64,000 bases of DNA from an uncultured Chloroflexia bacterium (GTDB taxonomy: Bacteria > Chloroflexota > Anaerolineae > CG2-30-64-16). Numbering within the stretch: the first letter of the stretch is position 1; the number at the start of each line of letters is the position of its first letter. A program made the translations under genes and the position numbers. The DNA lies in NCBI GenBank assembly GCA_963800615.1, contig CAWDBO010000037.1, positions 1,152 to 65,151 on the forward strand. The letters run 5' to 3'. Below the pieces are notes generated by a model. That model did not search any database. It was not told the DNA's origin and saw only the letters and a list, made by a program, of their open reading frames with translations. Of the stretch, positions 1-9,208 are shown piece after piece.

Positions 1-154
1 AGACCTCCACGGCTAAGAAGGACCGTTTTCGCACTATCCAACTTGCCACAGAGGTCTCACTATCTCAAGTGTCCGAACTTCGGTCCGGACCTCAGCAAAC
101 TAATAAAACGCAGGCGGGCGCGGGTAGGTTCCCATCGGGCAAAGCAGGGCAGGA

Positions 155-1219
155 TTGCCGCGTTTGGAGTATACTGGAGCTCACCCGATTGCTCCTGGAG
201 GCCTTCTTGGATTCAAACATCAGCCCGCGCCACGCGTGTGGACGGCCATTCGACACCAGCAGGCGGACATCGTCCCGTACCAGATCAACACGACCATCCC
301 CGCCCGCGCCATGCTCGCAGCCCACTACGGAACGACTCAACTGGACGACTTGCTCGGTAACCATATCGTGCGGTACAAGTCCAGGCTGGAATACGAGCCG
401 CTCGCCGAACCGGGCCTGTCGCGGGACGAGTGGGGCGTGGTGTGGAACCGCAAGGTGGATCGAGATCTCGGCGTGCCGGTCAACCGGGTGCTGGCGGATC
501 GCGACCTCGGCGCGCTCCTGCTGCCCGATCCCTGCGATCCACGGCGCTACGCCGGCCTGCCCGCGTTCTTCGCCGCGAATCCGACCCGGTTCACGCTCTT
601 CGGCGTCAGTTTCTCTCTGTTCGAACGCGGCTGGACGCTCCGCGGGATGGAGGCCCTGCTGGCCGACATGATCGAGGCGCCCTCGTTTGTCGCCGCGCTC
701 CTCGACCGCATCTTTGAGTGGGCTATGGCCGTGCTCGACGAAATGCTCCGCCACCCCTTCGACGGCGTCCTGTTTGGCGACGATTGGGGCCACCAGCGCG
801 GGCTGCTGTTCGGGCCGAAGCGCTGGCGCGAGTTCATCAAGCCGCGGGTCGCCGCCATGTACCGGAAGGTGGCAGACGCGGGGAAGACCGTTTGCATCGA
901 CTCGTGCGGCAAGGTCCAGGACCTGTTCCCCGAGCTCATCGAGATCGGCCTGCAGGTGTTCAACCCATTCCAGCCCGAGGTCATGGACCTGCGCGAGATG
1001 AAAGCGCGCTACGGCCGCTCGCTCACCTTCTACGGCGGCGTGAGCATTCAGCAGCTGCTGCCCTTTGGAACGCCGCAGCAGGTGCGGGACGAGGTCCGCC
1101 GCTTGCTGGACGACCTCGGACACGACGGCGGTTTCATCATCGCCCCCTCACACGAGATGCCGGGCGACATCCCCTTAGAAAACATGCTCGCGTTCATCGA
1201 AACCGTGCAGGCGCAATAA
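155..1219 (+). CDS. uroporphyrinogen decarboxylase (URO-D) family protein, MtaA/CmuA-like
   Basis: Intact 354-aa ORF. URO-D-like motifs run throughout (DDWGHQRGLLF, IDSCGKV, FNPFQPEVMD, GGFIIAPSHE). Start uncertain; an in-frame GTG at 236 is an alternative. Confidence 0.75.
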   Translation: MPRLEYTGAHPIAPGGLLGFKHQPAPRVWTAIRHQQADIVPYQINTTIPARAMLAAHYGTTQLDDLLGNHIVRYKSRLEYEPLAEPGLSRDEWGVVWNRKVDRDLGVPVNRVLADRDLGALLLPDPCDPRRYAGLPAFFAANPTRFTLFGVSFSLFERGWTLRGMEALLADMIEAPSFVAALLDRIFEWAMAVLDEMLRHPFDGVLFGDDWGHQRGLLFGPKRWREFIKPRVAAMYRKVADAGKTVCIDSCGKVQDLFPELIEIGLQVFNPFQPEVMDLREMKARYGRSLTFYGGVSIQQLLPFGTPQQVRDEVRRLLDDLGHDGGFIIAPSHEMPGDIPLENMLAFIETVQAQ

Positions 1220-1221
1220 CC

Positions 1222-1278
1222 GCGGCTTCGCAGGCTTCGTGCTTCGTGCCCTTCGATCTCCTTCGCGCGTTCGTGTTC
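1222..1278. repeat. intergenic run of CTTCGTG-type words (word-hairpin repeat family P3, partial)
   Basis: cttcgcaggcttcgtgcttcgtgcccttcg...cgttcgtgttcc lies directly after the URO-D stop. It uses the same word vocabulary as the other P3 copies. Confidence 0.45.
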
Positions 1279-1342
1279 CAAACCCCGTCAATGCGTTATA
1301 ATACGTGCTGCACCTCACCATTCCTCGACGAGGAGGTCCTCC

Positions 1343-2535
1343 ATGCGTATCGCAACCGTCCTTCGGCTCGGATTAGTTGTTTCGATCCTGGCCGCACTGC
1401 CCCTGACCGCGTTCGCGGGGAGCAAAGACGAAGTGTACCAAACTGCATTCATGAAGTGGACCGGCCCTGATCTGGCCGGATTTGAGGGGAAGGGAGTCGA
1501 CTTTACCGGCTCCGAGCTGGTGTTCCTCCGGAAGGACGCCGTGCAGGAAACCGACCTGGGCAATATGTATAACAAGGGGACATACTAGGTCGGCGAGGCT
1601 ACCGGCCCCGTGCTCGACACCGGTTTGGCTTCACCGAAGCCATCGCATCCTGGAACGCCACCACCCCGCCGGCACCTGGATCGAAGTCCTGATCAGCGCA
1701 CGCATGGGCGGCGCCTGGACGAAGTGGTACAACATGGGCGTCTGGGCGTCGGGGACGGACACGATCCAGCGTCACTCCGTGCGCCAGGGCGACCCAGACG
1801 GCTACGTCGCGGTCGACACCCTCGTGCTCACCGCCAAGAAGATGACAGCCGACGCACTGCAAGCTCAAGGTCCGGCTGTTCAGCGCAAAGCGTGCGGCTG
1901 CGCCCAGCATCCAGGGCTTGTCGCTCACCTACAACAGCGCCGGCCCCGAAAAAGACCTCGCCAGCACGGGAGACCCGGCCAACTGGAACAACTTGCTTGC
2001 CGTCCCTGAGTGCTCGCAGATGGTTTACCCCGATGGCGGCAATGTCTGGTGCAGCCCGACCTCGACCTCCATGGTGCTCGGCTTCTGGGGCATCGATCCC
2101 GGGCCATGCGAGCCGCGGGTGCGGAACACTGTGACGGGCGTTTACGACTACGTCTACGATGGGCACGGCAACTGGCCGTTCAATACCGCCTACGCGGCAA
2201 GCCGCGGCATGGAGGCGTACGTCGTGCGCTTCACGGGCCTGGATAAGGTGGAGCCGTGGGTCAAGGCGGGCGTGCCGGTCGTGGTCAGCTATGCGTGGAA
2301 GAAGGGCGAGCTGACCAACGCGCCCATTGCCGCAAGCAGCGGCCACCTCGGCGTAATCGTCGGTTTCGATGGTCGGGGCAACCCAATCGTCAACGATCCA
2401 GCCGCCAGCCTCGATGACGAGGTCCAGCGGACGTACCTGCGCTCGGAGTTCGAGCCGCTGTGGCTGAGGAATTCCGGGGGGACGGTGTACCTGATCTTCC
2501 GCGCGGGTCTCGGGCACGCAACGGGCCTCTTCTAG
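1343..2535 (+). CDS. secreted peptidase C39-like (Peptidase_C39_2) domain protein, reading frame broken at least 3 times
   Basis: Signal peptide MRIATVLRLGLVVSILAALPLTAFAG (ORF 1343..1588). The middle part continues in other frames (TEAIASWNATTPAGTWIEVLISARMGGAWTKWYNMGVW). The C-terminal 205 aa (1918..2535) has the C39-like CSPTSTSMVL...GHLGVIVGFD signature. Confidence 0.6.
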
Positions 2536-2615
2536 CCGCGGAATCCAGACCTGAATCGGGATGACCCGGCGTGCATCAGGGCGCGAGTCATCCTGTACTG
2601 GGTCTATCGGACGAC

Positions 2616-4032
2616 CTAGATGAACTCGGGCAGCCACGTCGCCGTGCGCCTCGATCAGGTCGTCCACCAGGCGCCAGATCTGATCCAGGTCCAGCTCGGC
2701 CGCCGTGTGCGGGTCGAGCATCGCCGCGTGGTACACCGCTTCCCGCTTGCCCGTCAGCGCGGCCTCCACCGTCAGCTCCTGCACGTTGATCTGCGTCCGC
2801 ATGAGTGCGGCCAGGTGCGTCGGCAGGCCGCCGATCCGCGTCGGCTGCACGCCGCTCGCATCCACCAGGCATGGCACCTCCACGACGCATCCCGCGGGCA
2901 GGTTGTCGATCAGCCCGTGGTTCAGCACGTTGCCGTAGATCACCCTCGGCGTGTTCGTCTCGATGCTGTGGATGATCCCCGAGCCGTACTCCATGCTCTT
3001 CTTCGGCTTGTCGAACTCCAGCACCTGCTCGATCGCCTGCTCGATCATCTTCTCCGAAGTCACCGGCTGGCTCCGGAGGAAGTCGATGAACGCCTGGATG
3101 TCGGCGTCCGTGACGTCGTCCGGCCGCTCCATCTGCTTCCGCACGAACTCCCAGCCGGCGATCTGGAACTCGCAGCGGTGGAGGTACTCGTCCAGCGGGA
3201 CGTTGAACTGCTCGAGCAGGTCCGGCCGGTCGCGCTTGATAAACCACGGCACGTACTCCGCGAAGTGCTCGCTCGACTCGGTGACGAAGTACCCCAGCCG
3301 CTTCAGCATCTCGTAGCGCACCCGGTTGTGCTCGGGCACGCGGCCGTCTTCGATCACCTGGCGGATGCGCGGGTACAGGTCCTCGACGCCGCCGTCCGGC
3401 GTGCGGCGCCAGAAGTTCGAGGTAGAACGCCATGTGGTTGATGCCCGCGCAGAGGTAGTGGATTTCCTCGACCGGGACGTCGATGTCCTCGGCCAGGTGC
3501 TCCGCCGTGCCCTGCACGCTGTGGCACAGGCCCGACGTTCTTGATCTTCGTCGCCTTCTGGATCGCCCAGGTGTTGATCGCCATCGGATTGACATAGTTC
3601 AGCAGCCACGCGTCCGGGCACACCTGCTCCATGTCGCGCGCAATGTCGAGGAACACCGGGATGGTGCGCAAGCCCGCGCATGATCCCGCCGATGCCCAGC
3701 GTGTCGCCGATGGTCTGCCGCAGCCCGTACTTTTTGGGGATTTCGAAGTCGACGACGGTCGACGGGCGGTAGCCGCCGATCTGGAACATGGAGATGGCGT
3801 AGTCGGCGCCTTCGAGCGCGGCGCAGCGATCGAGGTGCGTTTCGATCCGGGGGTGCGCGCCGCGGCCCGCGGCCAGGCGTTGCGCTACGTTCTTGGTGGT
3901 GTTCAGCCGCTCCGCGTCGATGTCGTGGAGGGCGATGGTGCAGTCGGCCAGCTCGGGGTAGGCCAGGATGTCGCCGAGGAGGTTCTTGGCGAAAACAGTG
4001 CTTCCGGCGCCGATAAAGGTGATCTTGGGCAT
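2616..4032 (-). CDS. glycoside hydrolase family 4 (NAD/Mn-dependent alpha-galactosidase/alpha-glucosidase type), at least 4 frameshifts
   Basis: N-terminus [23 protein letters not shown] (Rossmann fold). Internal pieces lie in three frames ([34 protein letters not shown]; [13 protein letters not shown]...INHMAFYLE; [28 protein letters not shown]...). The likely true end WLPEFI-stop at 2616 is reached only after a 1-nt shift. Confidence 0.8.
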
Positions 4033-4134
4033 GGGGTCCTCGTCTAGGCGTAAGAGTCGCGCTTAACCGGCAAGAGCCGGCGCAAGTCTCGGCCCGGGAC
4101 AAATCGCGGCGCCCGGGCAAACAACCTCGCCCCT

Positions 4135-4196
4135 ACGGCTTCGTGTCTTCGTGTCTTTGTGGTAGATTTCTCGTTATTGTACCACGAAGACGGCCG
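4135..4196. repeat. word-hairpin repeat (family P3) in divergent intergenic region
   Basis: cttcgtgtcttcgtgtctttgtggta...taccacgaagacgg forms inverted arms built from CACGAAG/CACAAAG words. Confidence 0.55.
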
Positions 4197-4225
4197 GCGT
4201 CAAAGTCGGCATGGAGGTTTGACTA

Positions 4226-5260
4226 TTGAAGGCTGTTCGATTAACAGAAATTGGTAAGCCCCTGGAGGCATCAGGAGACCCCACTCCTAGCCCCAGAGCA
4301 CGGCGAGGTGCTCGTGCGGATCAAGGCCGCGGGCATTTGCCATTCGGATGCGCACTACCGCGCCGGCGCGTCGTACGCCGGTCCGCTGCCAGTCACGCTC
4401 GGCCACGAGATCGCGGGCGTGGTCGAGGCGCTGGGCGCCGGCACCCCGCGGACGCGCATCGGCGACCGGGTCAGCCTGCATTACCTGGTCACGTGCGGGC
4501 AGTGCCATCACTGCAACCGCGGCCAGGAGCAGTTCTGCGACACGGGCAAGATGCTGGGCAAGCACCGTGACGGCGGGTACGCGGAGTACATCGCGGTGCC
4601 CGAGCGCGGCATCGTGCCGCTGCCCGACGAGGTCCCGTTCGAGGCCGGCGCGATCATGATGTGCTCGTCGTCGACCTCGTTCCATGCCCTGCGGAAGGCG
4701 CGGCTGCAGCCGGGCGAGACGGTGGCCGTGTTCGGCGCAGGCGGGCTTGGCATGTCCGCGATCCAGCTGGCGAAGGGACTCGGGCGCGGCCGAGGTGTAC
4801 GCGGTGGACATCAACCGTGACAAGCTGGTGCTGGCGGCCAGCTTCGGCGCGATCCCGGTCGACGCTGCCAACGCGGACCCCGTCGAGCTCGATGCGCCAG
4901 CTGACCAACGGCCGGGGCGTCGACGTGGCGCTGGAGCTGATCGGCCTGCCCGTCACGATGCGCCAGGCCGTGCAAGTGCTCGGCGGTGCAGGGCCGGGCC
5001 GCGCTCGGCCGGCATCACCCGGAAGCCGTTCGAGGTGGACTCCTACCAGGAGATCATCGGCCGCGAGGCCGAGATCGTCGGCGTGTCGGATCACCTGCTG
5101 CAGGAGTTCCCGCTGCTCATGGACTTCGCCCGCCGCGGCGTCCTCGACCTCTCGCACGTGGTGACGAACAACAGTCCCGCTGGAGGCCGCGCCCATCAAC
5201 GACGCGCTCGATGCACTCGAGCGCTGGGGCGGCGAAGTGCGGACGGTCATCGTCCCCTGA
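4226..5260 (+). CDS. zinc-dependent alcohol dehydrogenase (MDR family), at least 5 frameshifts
   Basis: MKAVRLTEIGKPLE start, GICHSDAH and GHEIAGVVEALG zinc motifs, CGQCHHCNRG structural-zinc motif and GAGGLG NAD motif. The C-terminal half is scattered over three frames and ends EVRTVIVP-stop. Confidence 0.8.
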
Positions 5261-5311
5261 TCCTGTCTGTACGAGGCGGGTCTCGTAACCCGCGCCCCTT
5301 AGCTCCGGCAA

Positions 5312-5348
5312 ACAAAAAGTGGGCGGTCGTCGTTGACCGCCCACTTTG
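5312..5348. terminator. bidirectional intrinsic terminator between convergent genes
   Basis: acaaaaa-GTGGGCGGTC-gtcgtt-GACCGCCCAC-ttt: a 10-bp GC stem flanked by an A-run and a T-run, between the ADH stop and the cytochrome stop. Confidence 0.75.
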
Positions 5349-5366
5349 ACATTCAGGCCCGAGATG

Positions 5367-7239
5367 CTACTGTGCCGCCTGCTTGTGGCACGTCTGGCAC
5401 TGGTCCACCGTGAAGCTCACGTGGTTCGCCGGGAACGGCTTTAGCTTGCCCTCGCCGTGACAGGTCGTGCAGTCCTTGAACAGGGGGCTGGTAAGGTCGT
5501 GATTGGCCGGGATAGCGGGCGCTGCGGCCGCTGCGCCGCCCGTCGAGCCTGTCCCGCTCGACGCACCCGTTCCCTCGGCCGGCTTATGGCAGCCCGTACA
5601 CTGCTCCGTCGGTGAAGGCCGTGTGGTTCGCAGGATACGGCTTGATCTTGCCTTCGCCGTGACACGTCGTGCAGTCCTTGTACGTGTCGCCTTCGATCGG
5701 GTGCGGGATCGGCGCGGGACCGCCGGCCTGGCCGCCCGTCGTCGCGGTTGCACCCGCCGCAGGCGTCGTTCCACCGGCCGCAGCCGGCTTGTGGCAGCCC
5801 GTGCACGAATCCACCGGGAACGCCGTGTGGTTCGCCGGGAACGGCTTCAGCTTGCCCTCGCCGTGGCACGTCGTGCAGTCCTTGTACGTGTCGCCCTCGA
5901 TCGGGTGCGGGATCGGTGCGGGACCGCCGGCCTGGCCGCCCGTCGTCGCCGTACCGGCCGCTTCTGGCGAAGCCCCAGCCTCAGGCGTCGTGCCCGCCGC
6001 AGGCGTCGCCCCAGCGGCCGCAGCCGGCTTGTGGCAGCTCGTACACTGCTCGGTGGTGAAGGCCGTGTGGTTCGCCGGATACGGCTTGAGCTTGCCCTCG
6101 CCGTGACACGTCGTACAGTCCTTATACGTGTCGCCTTCGATGGGGTGCGGGATCGCCGCCGGGCCGCCCGTTCCGGTCGTCGCGCCCGGCGCAGGCGTGG
6201 GGCCGGGGAGGTGGCACACGGTGCACGACTCGTTAGGCCGCCCCACGTGATCTTCCGGGAACGGCTTGACGCCGTCGCGCCCGTGGCATGTGTCGCACTG
6301 CTCCTGCCCCTGCACGGGATGCGGGATCAGGGCGGCCGCGACCTGGGTCAGGCTGGGGCCCGGGGTGGGCGTCAGCGGGGTGAAGACGTCCTGCCGTTCG
6401 ATCGGCACCGGCAGCGTCGCGATCGCCGTCTGTTCGAAAGTGGCAAACTGGTAGACTGCGAACACGCCGATTAACGCGAGGACGATCGCGATCGGCAGGT
6501 AAATGCGCTCGCGGCGGCGAACGCCGGCCGGATCGGGCCCGGGACGCATCTTGCCCGCTACGCGCTGCTCCAGCTCTTCGCCGTGCTCCTCCTCCATCTG
6601 GTGGCGCGACATCTTGCCCGAGAACATGCTCCTGTTGAACATCTTCACGTGGACGTTATAGAAGTGCCAGATGAGGATGGCCAGGACGGCCAGCACGGCC
6701 TCGCCGCCATGTGCGGCTTTCGCGGCGGGGATAACCTGGCCCGGCAGGAAGCGCGCCGTCGAGATGGGATTCCAGAGCATGAACCCGGTGATCGCCATGA
6801 CGACCGTGCCCCACACCATCGCCCAGTATTCGACCTTCTCGCCGAAGTTGTAGCGGGGCATGCGCGGGTGTTCTTTGCTCAGCCCCAGGTTGTAGCGGAC
6901 GACGTCGAGCGCGTCGGTCAGGTCCTTCAGGCCGGGCAGCATGGTCAGCTCGGTGCGGCGCACCCAGATCTTGTAGCCCAGCACGATGACGTGGTACACG
7001 CTCATGAGCACGATCGTGACCGCGGCGATGCGGTGGATGATGCGGACGGTCTCGATCCCGCCCATCCACGAGATCAATGTGTCGGCGAACGCGTTGCCTG
7101 CGTACTTCTGCGGCAAGCCGGTGAGTGCCAGCAGGCTGAACGAAACCAGCAGCACGATGTGCTCGATGCGCTGGGCCAGGCTGAAACGCACGAAGTACTT
7201 GTCCACGGCGCGATTGGAATTCGTAGCTTGGGTCGCCAT
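5367..7239 (-). CDS. FdnI/HydC-like diheme cytochrome b fused to a C-terminal decaheme cytochrome c domain (5 tandem doubled-CXXCH modules); one frameshift near 5610
   Basis: N-terminal about 250 aa has 4-5 TM helices with conserved His (RIEHIVLL, IHRIAAV, AHGGEAVLAVLAILIWHFYNVH). Ten CXXCH motifs follow (CDTCH, CTVCH, CTTCH, CTSCH, CTTCH, CTGCH, CTTCH, CTGCH, CTTCH, CQTCH). ORFs 5584..7239 and 5367..5774 join if one g is removed at about 5610, turning AFTDGA into AFTTEQC. Confidence 0.85.
5370..6330 (-). repeat. intragenic tandem repeats (about 200-240 bp units) encoding diheme modules with Pro/Ala/Thr/Gly linkers
   Basis: Near-identical DNA blocks recur, e.g. gtcgtgcagtccttgtacgtgtcgcc.tcgatcgggtgcgggatcgg.gcgggaccgccggcctggccgcccgtcgtcgc at about 5667-5750 and about 5870-5955. 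The protein unit is IPHPIEGDTYKDCTTCHGEGKLKPYPANHTAFTxxxCTxCHKP. Confidence 0.85.
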
Positions 7240-7242
7240 CGC

Positions 7243-8343
7243 TTACGCCTCCTTCCGCCGTATGCGGCGAAGGATCCGGCTGACGGCGTCCAGGCCGACG
7301 AACAGCAACATGCCGCCGATGACGGCAGGGATCAGGATCTTGTAGAACAGGTTCACGTAGTAAACCAGGGGTTGATTCGTGCGGCTGGGCGGGAAGTGGC
7401 CGACCCAGCTGCTCGGGAAGTTCGCCGTCGCGTCCGGATGGCAGCGCTTGCACGTCGCCAGCAGGTTTTCCTTAACCACGGTCGCGTTCTGGTCGGTGAC
7501 GGGCAGGATGTTGTGTACGCCGTGGCAGTCCGTGCAGACAGCCTTATTGGTCTGCTGGTCGGGATGCTGCTTTTCGAACAGCGTCACCGTCGTGCCGTGG
7601 AAGTCGGCGACGTAAGTGTTGAACACATCCGTCGAGATGCCGTACTTCTGCATCAGTGCCGCATTCGCGTGGCAGCCGCCGCAGATGTTCGGCGACTTGA
7701 GGCGGAAGGCTGCCGTCGTCGGGTCTTCCTGCGTGTGCGCGCCATGGCAGTCGGTGCAGACCGGGACATCGGGGTTCCCGCTCTCCAGCAGCGCCGCGCC
7801 GTGGACGCTGCCGGCGTACTGGTCATGGATCTGGCTATGGCACTTCTGGCACGTCTGCGAGATCTGCTGCCGGGGCTGGTCAGGCTTCGTTACGTTGTGT
7901 GAGCCGTGGCAGTCCGTGCAGATGGCCGCGTTCCGGTTGCCCGCAGCCAACTCGCGCGCGTGGTTGCTGTCCAGCGACTGCATGTACTGGTCCTGGTGAC
8001 AGGTCTTGCACTGCTGGTAGCGCTCCAGTTGAAACGATCGACGGTCGCCCGCGGTGAGCTTCGGATGCGGGTAGCCGCTGATATTCGTATGGCACGACGT
8101 GCATGTCAGGTTCGCGTGCATCGACGAATGGTACACTTGCGGGTCAACGGTGAGCGGCAAAGTCTCACCGCTGGCGAGCTGAACGCTCAGCCCGGGGTTC
8201 GAGTGGCAGCCAAGACAGGTGGTGTTGTCGCCGCTTTGGGCCTGGGCGCTGGCGCCCGCGACGAGAGCGGTAAAGAGCAGGACCGCGAGGCCCGCTACGA
8301 TCAACCACCGGACGGGTTGCCTGCCTGGGCAAGCAAAGGTCAT
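7243..8343 (-). CDS. nonaheme c-type cytochrome with N-terminal signal peptide and C-terminal TM anchor
   Basis: Intact 366-aa ORF with 9 CXXCH motifs (CLGCH, CTSCH, CKTCH, CTDCH, CQKCH, CTDCH, CGGCH, CTDCH, CKRCH). Signal peptide LIVAGLAVLLFTALVAGASAQA; C-terminal helix ILIPAVIGGMLLFVGL followed by RRIRRKEA. RBS GGAGGAG upstream. The stop is 3 nt before the cytochrome b start. Confidence 0.9.
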   Translation of the reverse strand: MTFACPGRQPVRWLIVAGLAVLLFTALVAGASAQAQSGDNTTCLGCHSNPGLSVQLASGETLPLTVDPQVYHSSMHANLTCTSCHTNISGYPHPKLTAGDRRSFQLERYQQCKTCHQDQYMQSLDSNHARELAAGNRNAAICTDCHGSHNVTKPDQPRQQISQTCQKCHSQIHDQYAGSVHGAALLESGNPDVPVCTDCHGAHTQEDPTTAAFRLKSPNICGGCHANAALMQKYGISTDVFNTYVADFHGTTVTLFEKQHPDQQTNKAVCTDCHGVHNILPVTDQNATVVKENLLATCKRCHPDATANFPSSWVGHFPPSRTNQPLVYYVNLFYKILIPAVIGGMLLFVGLDAVSRILRRIRRKEA

Positions 8344-8516
8344 AGTGGTGACTCCTCCGTGATGGGTTCGAATGATGGCACTACGAACAGGGTAACAAGG
8401 CGCGGAAAGCCGCGGACGTGAATTATAAGCCTGTAACTTTCCGCACTATATGACGCTCGTCATGATTCGGGTGGTGTATTATTTCACACACTGCGTGAGC
8501 GGAGCGAAGGGCAGGG

Positions 8517-8777
8517 CTAGTGCCCGCGCTTCCACAGCAGGAGCGCGGCGATGGTCAGGAGTATCACGGCGACCAGCCCGCCCAGGAAGGGTAAGCCCGC
8601 CTCGAACGTCTCCTCGTTGCCGCCGGCCGCCCACCCACTGGGGGACATCTCTGTCAGGGCAATCGGCCGGCCGTCCGAATGGCGGGCGTCGGGCCACTCC
8701 GGCGCGCGGCTCTGCTCCGGGGCGTCGCCGAGCGGGTATACCCGCTGGCCGCTGATCGTTACAATCGGTTGACTCAT
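8517..8777 (-). CDS. small tail-anchored membrane protein (hypothetical)
   Basis: 86-aa ORF with GGAGAA RBS 8 nt upstream. C-terminal TM helix GLPFLGGLVAVILLTIAALLLW followed by KRGH. Lies directly upstream of the cytochrome pair on the same strand. Confidence 0.45.
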   Translation of the reverse strand: MSQPIVTISGQRVYPLGDAPEQSRAPEWPDARHSDGRPIALTEMSPSGWAAGGNEETFEAGLPFLGGLVAVILLTIAALLLWKRGH

Positions 8778-9162
8778 CGTGCTGGTTCTCCAAGCCGCGG
8801 TTGCTAACTACCTCTCCAGGATAACACGAAAAGTCCCTGGCGCGAAAGCGGGGCTTTCTGAGAAAGCGGCTTTCGCTGCCAGGGACAGTTGCAGGCTTCC
8901 TCCGCCTGCTTCGGGGGACCAGGCGTATCAGGGGTGCTGCGACGAAGCTGCGATGTTCGACGGGATTGCGATGGATACGCCCTATCGAACGTAAACTCTA
9001 TCACGATTCAAGCCGCAGTCTATGATTTGCATCATGTATGTGCCTTCCGTCGCATATTTCTCGCAAAAGTGTATGGAAGCAAAAGCGTGTCATCAACACG
9101 CCGCAGTGATGGAGGACAGGATTAGTTAGCCCTGTCATGTATTCTGCCTGGATGCAAAGGAG

Positions 9163-9196
9163 CCTGCCCTCGTAACGAGGGCAGGCTCTCCTCGTT
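9163..9196 (-). terminator. GC-rich hairpin after valS stop (probable terminator)
   Basis: GAGCCTGCCCTCG-ttac-GAGGGCAGGCTC: a 13-bp stem, with only a weak U-tract (CUUUG) on the minus strand. Confidence 0.5.
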
Positions 9197-9208
9197 TCCG
9201 CGGTCTGC

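Noticed and set aside
1828-4032. The 734-aa ORF taken as a single protein.
   Set aside because: Only the first about 125 aa and an internal block are GH4-like. The rest is out-of-frame readthrough and extends past the true stop (2616) into the neighbouring convergent gene.
8778-9135. A roughly 350-bp noncoding stretch with lower GC between the cytochrome cluster and valS. It was examined for tRNA, sRNA or a gene remnant.
   Set aside because: There is no cloverleaf, no convincing promoter-terminator pair and no protein-like ORF. It probably holds the cytochrome operon promoter or regulatory region, but I cannot define one. A TATAAT at 8427-8422 nearer the nonaheme gene lacks a -35.
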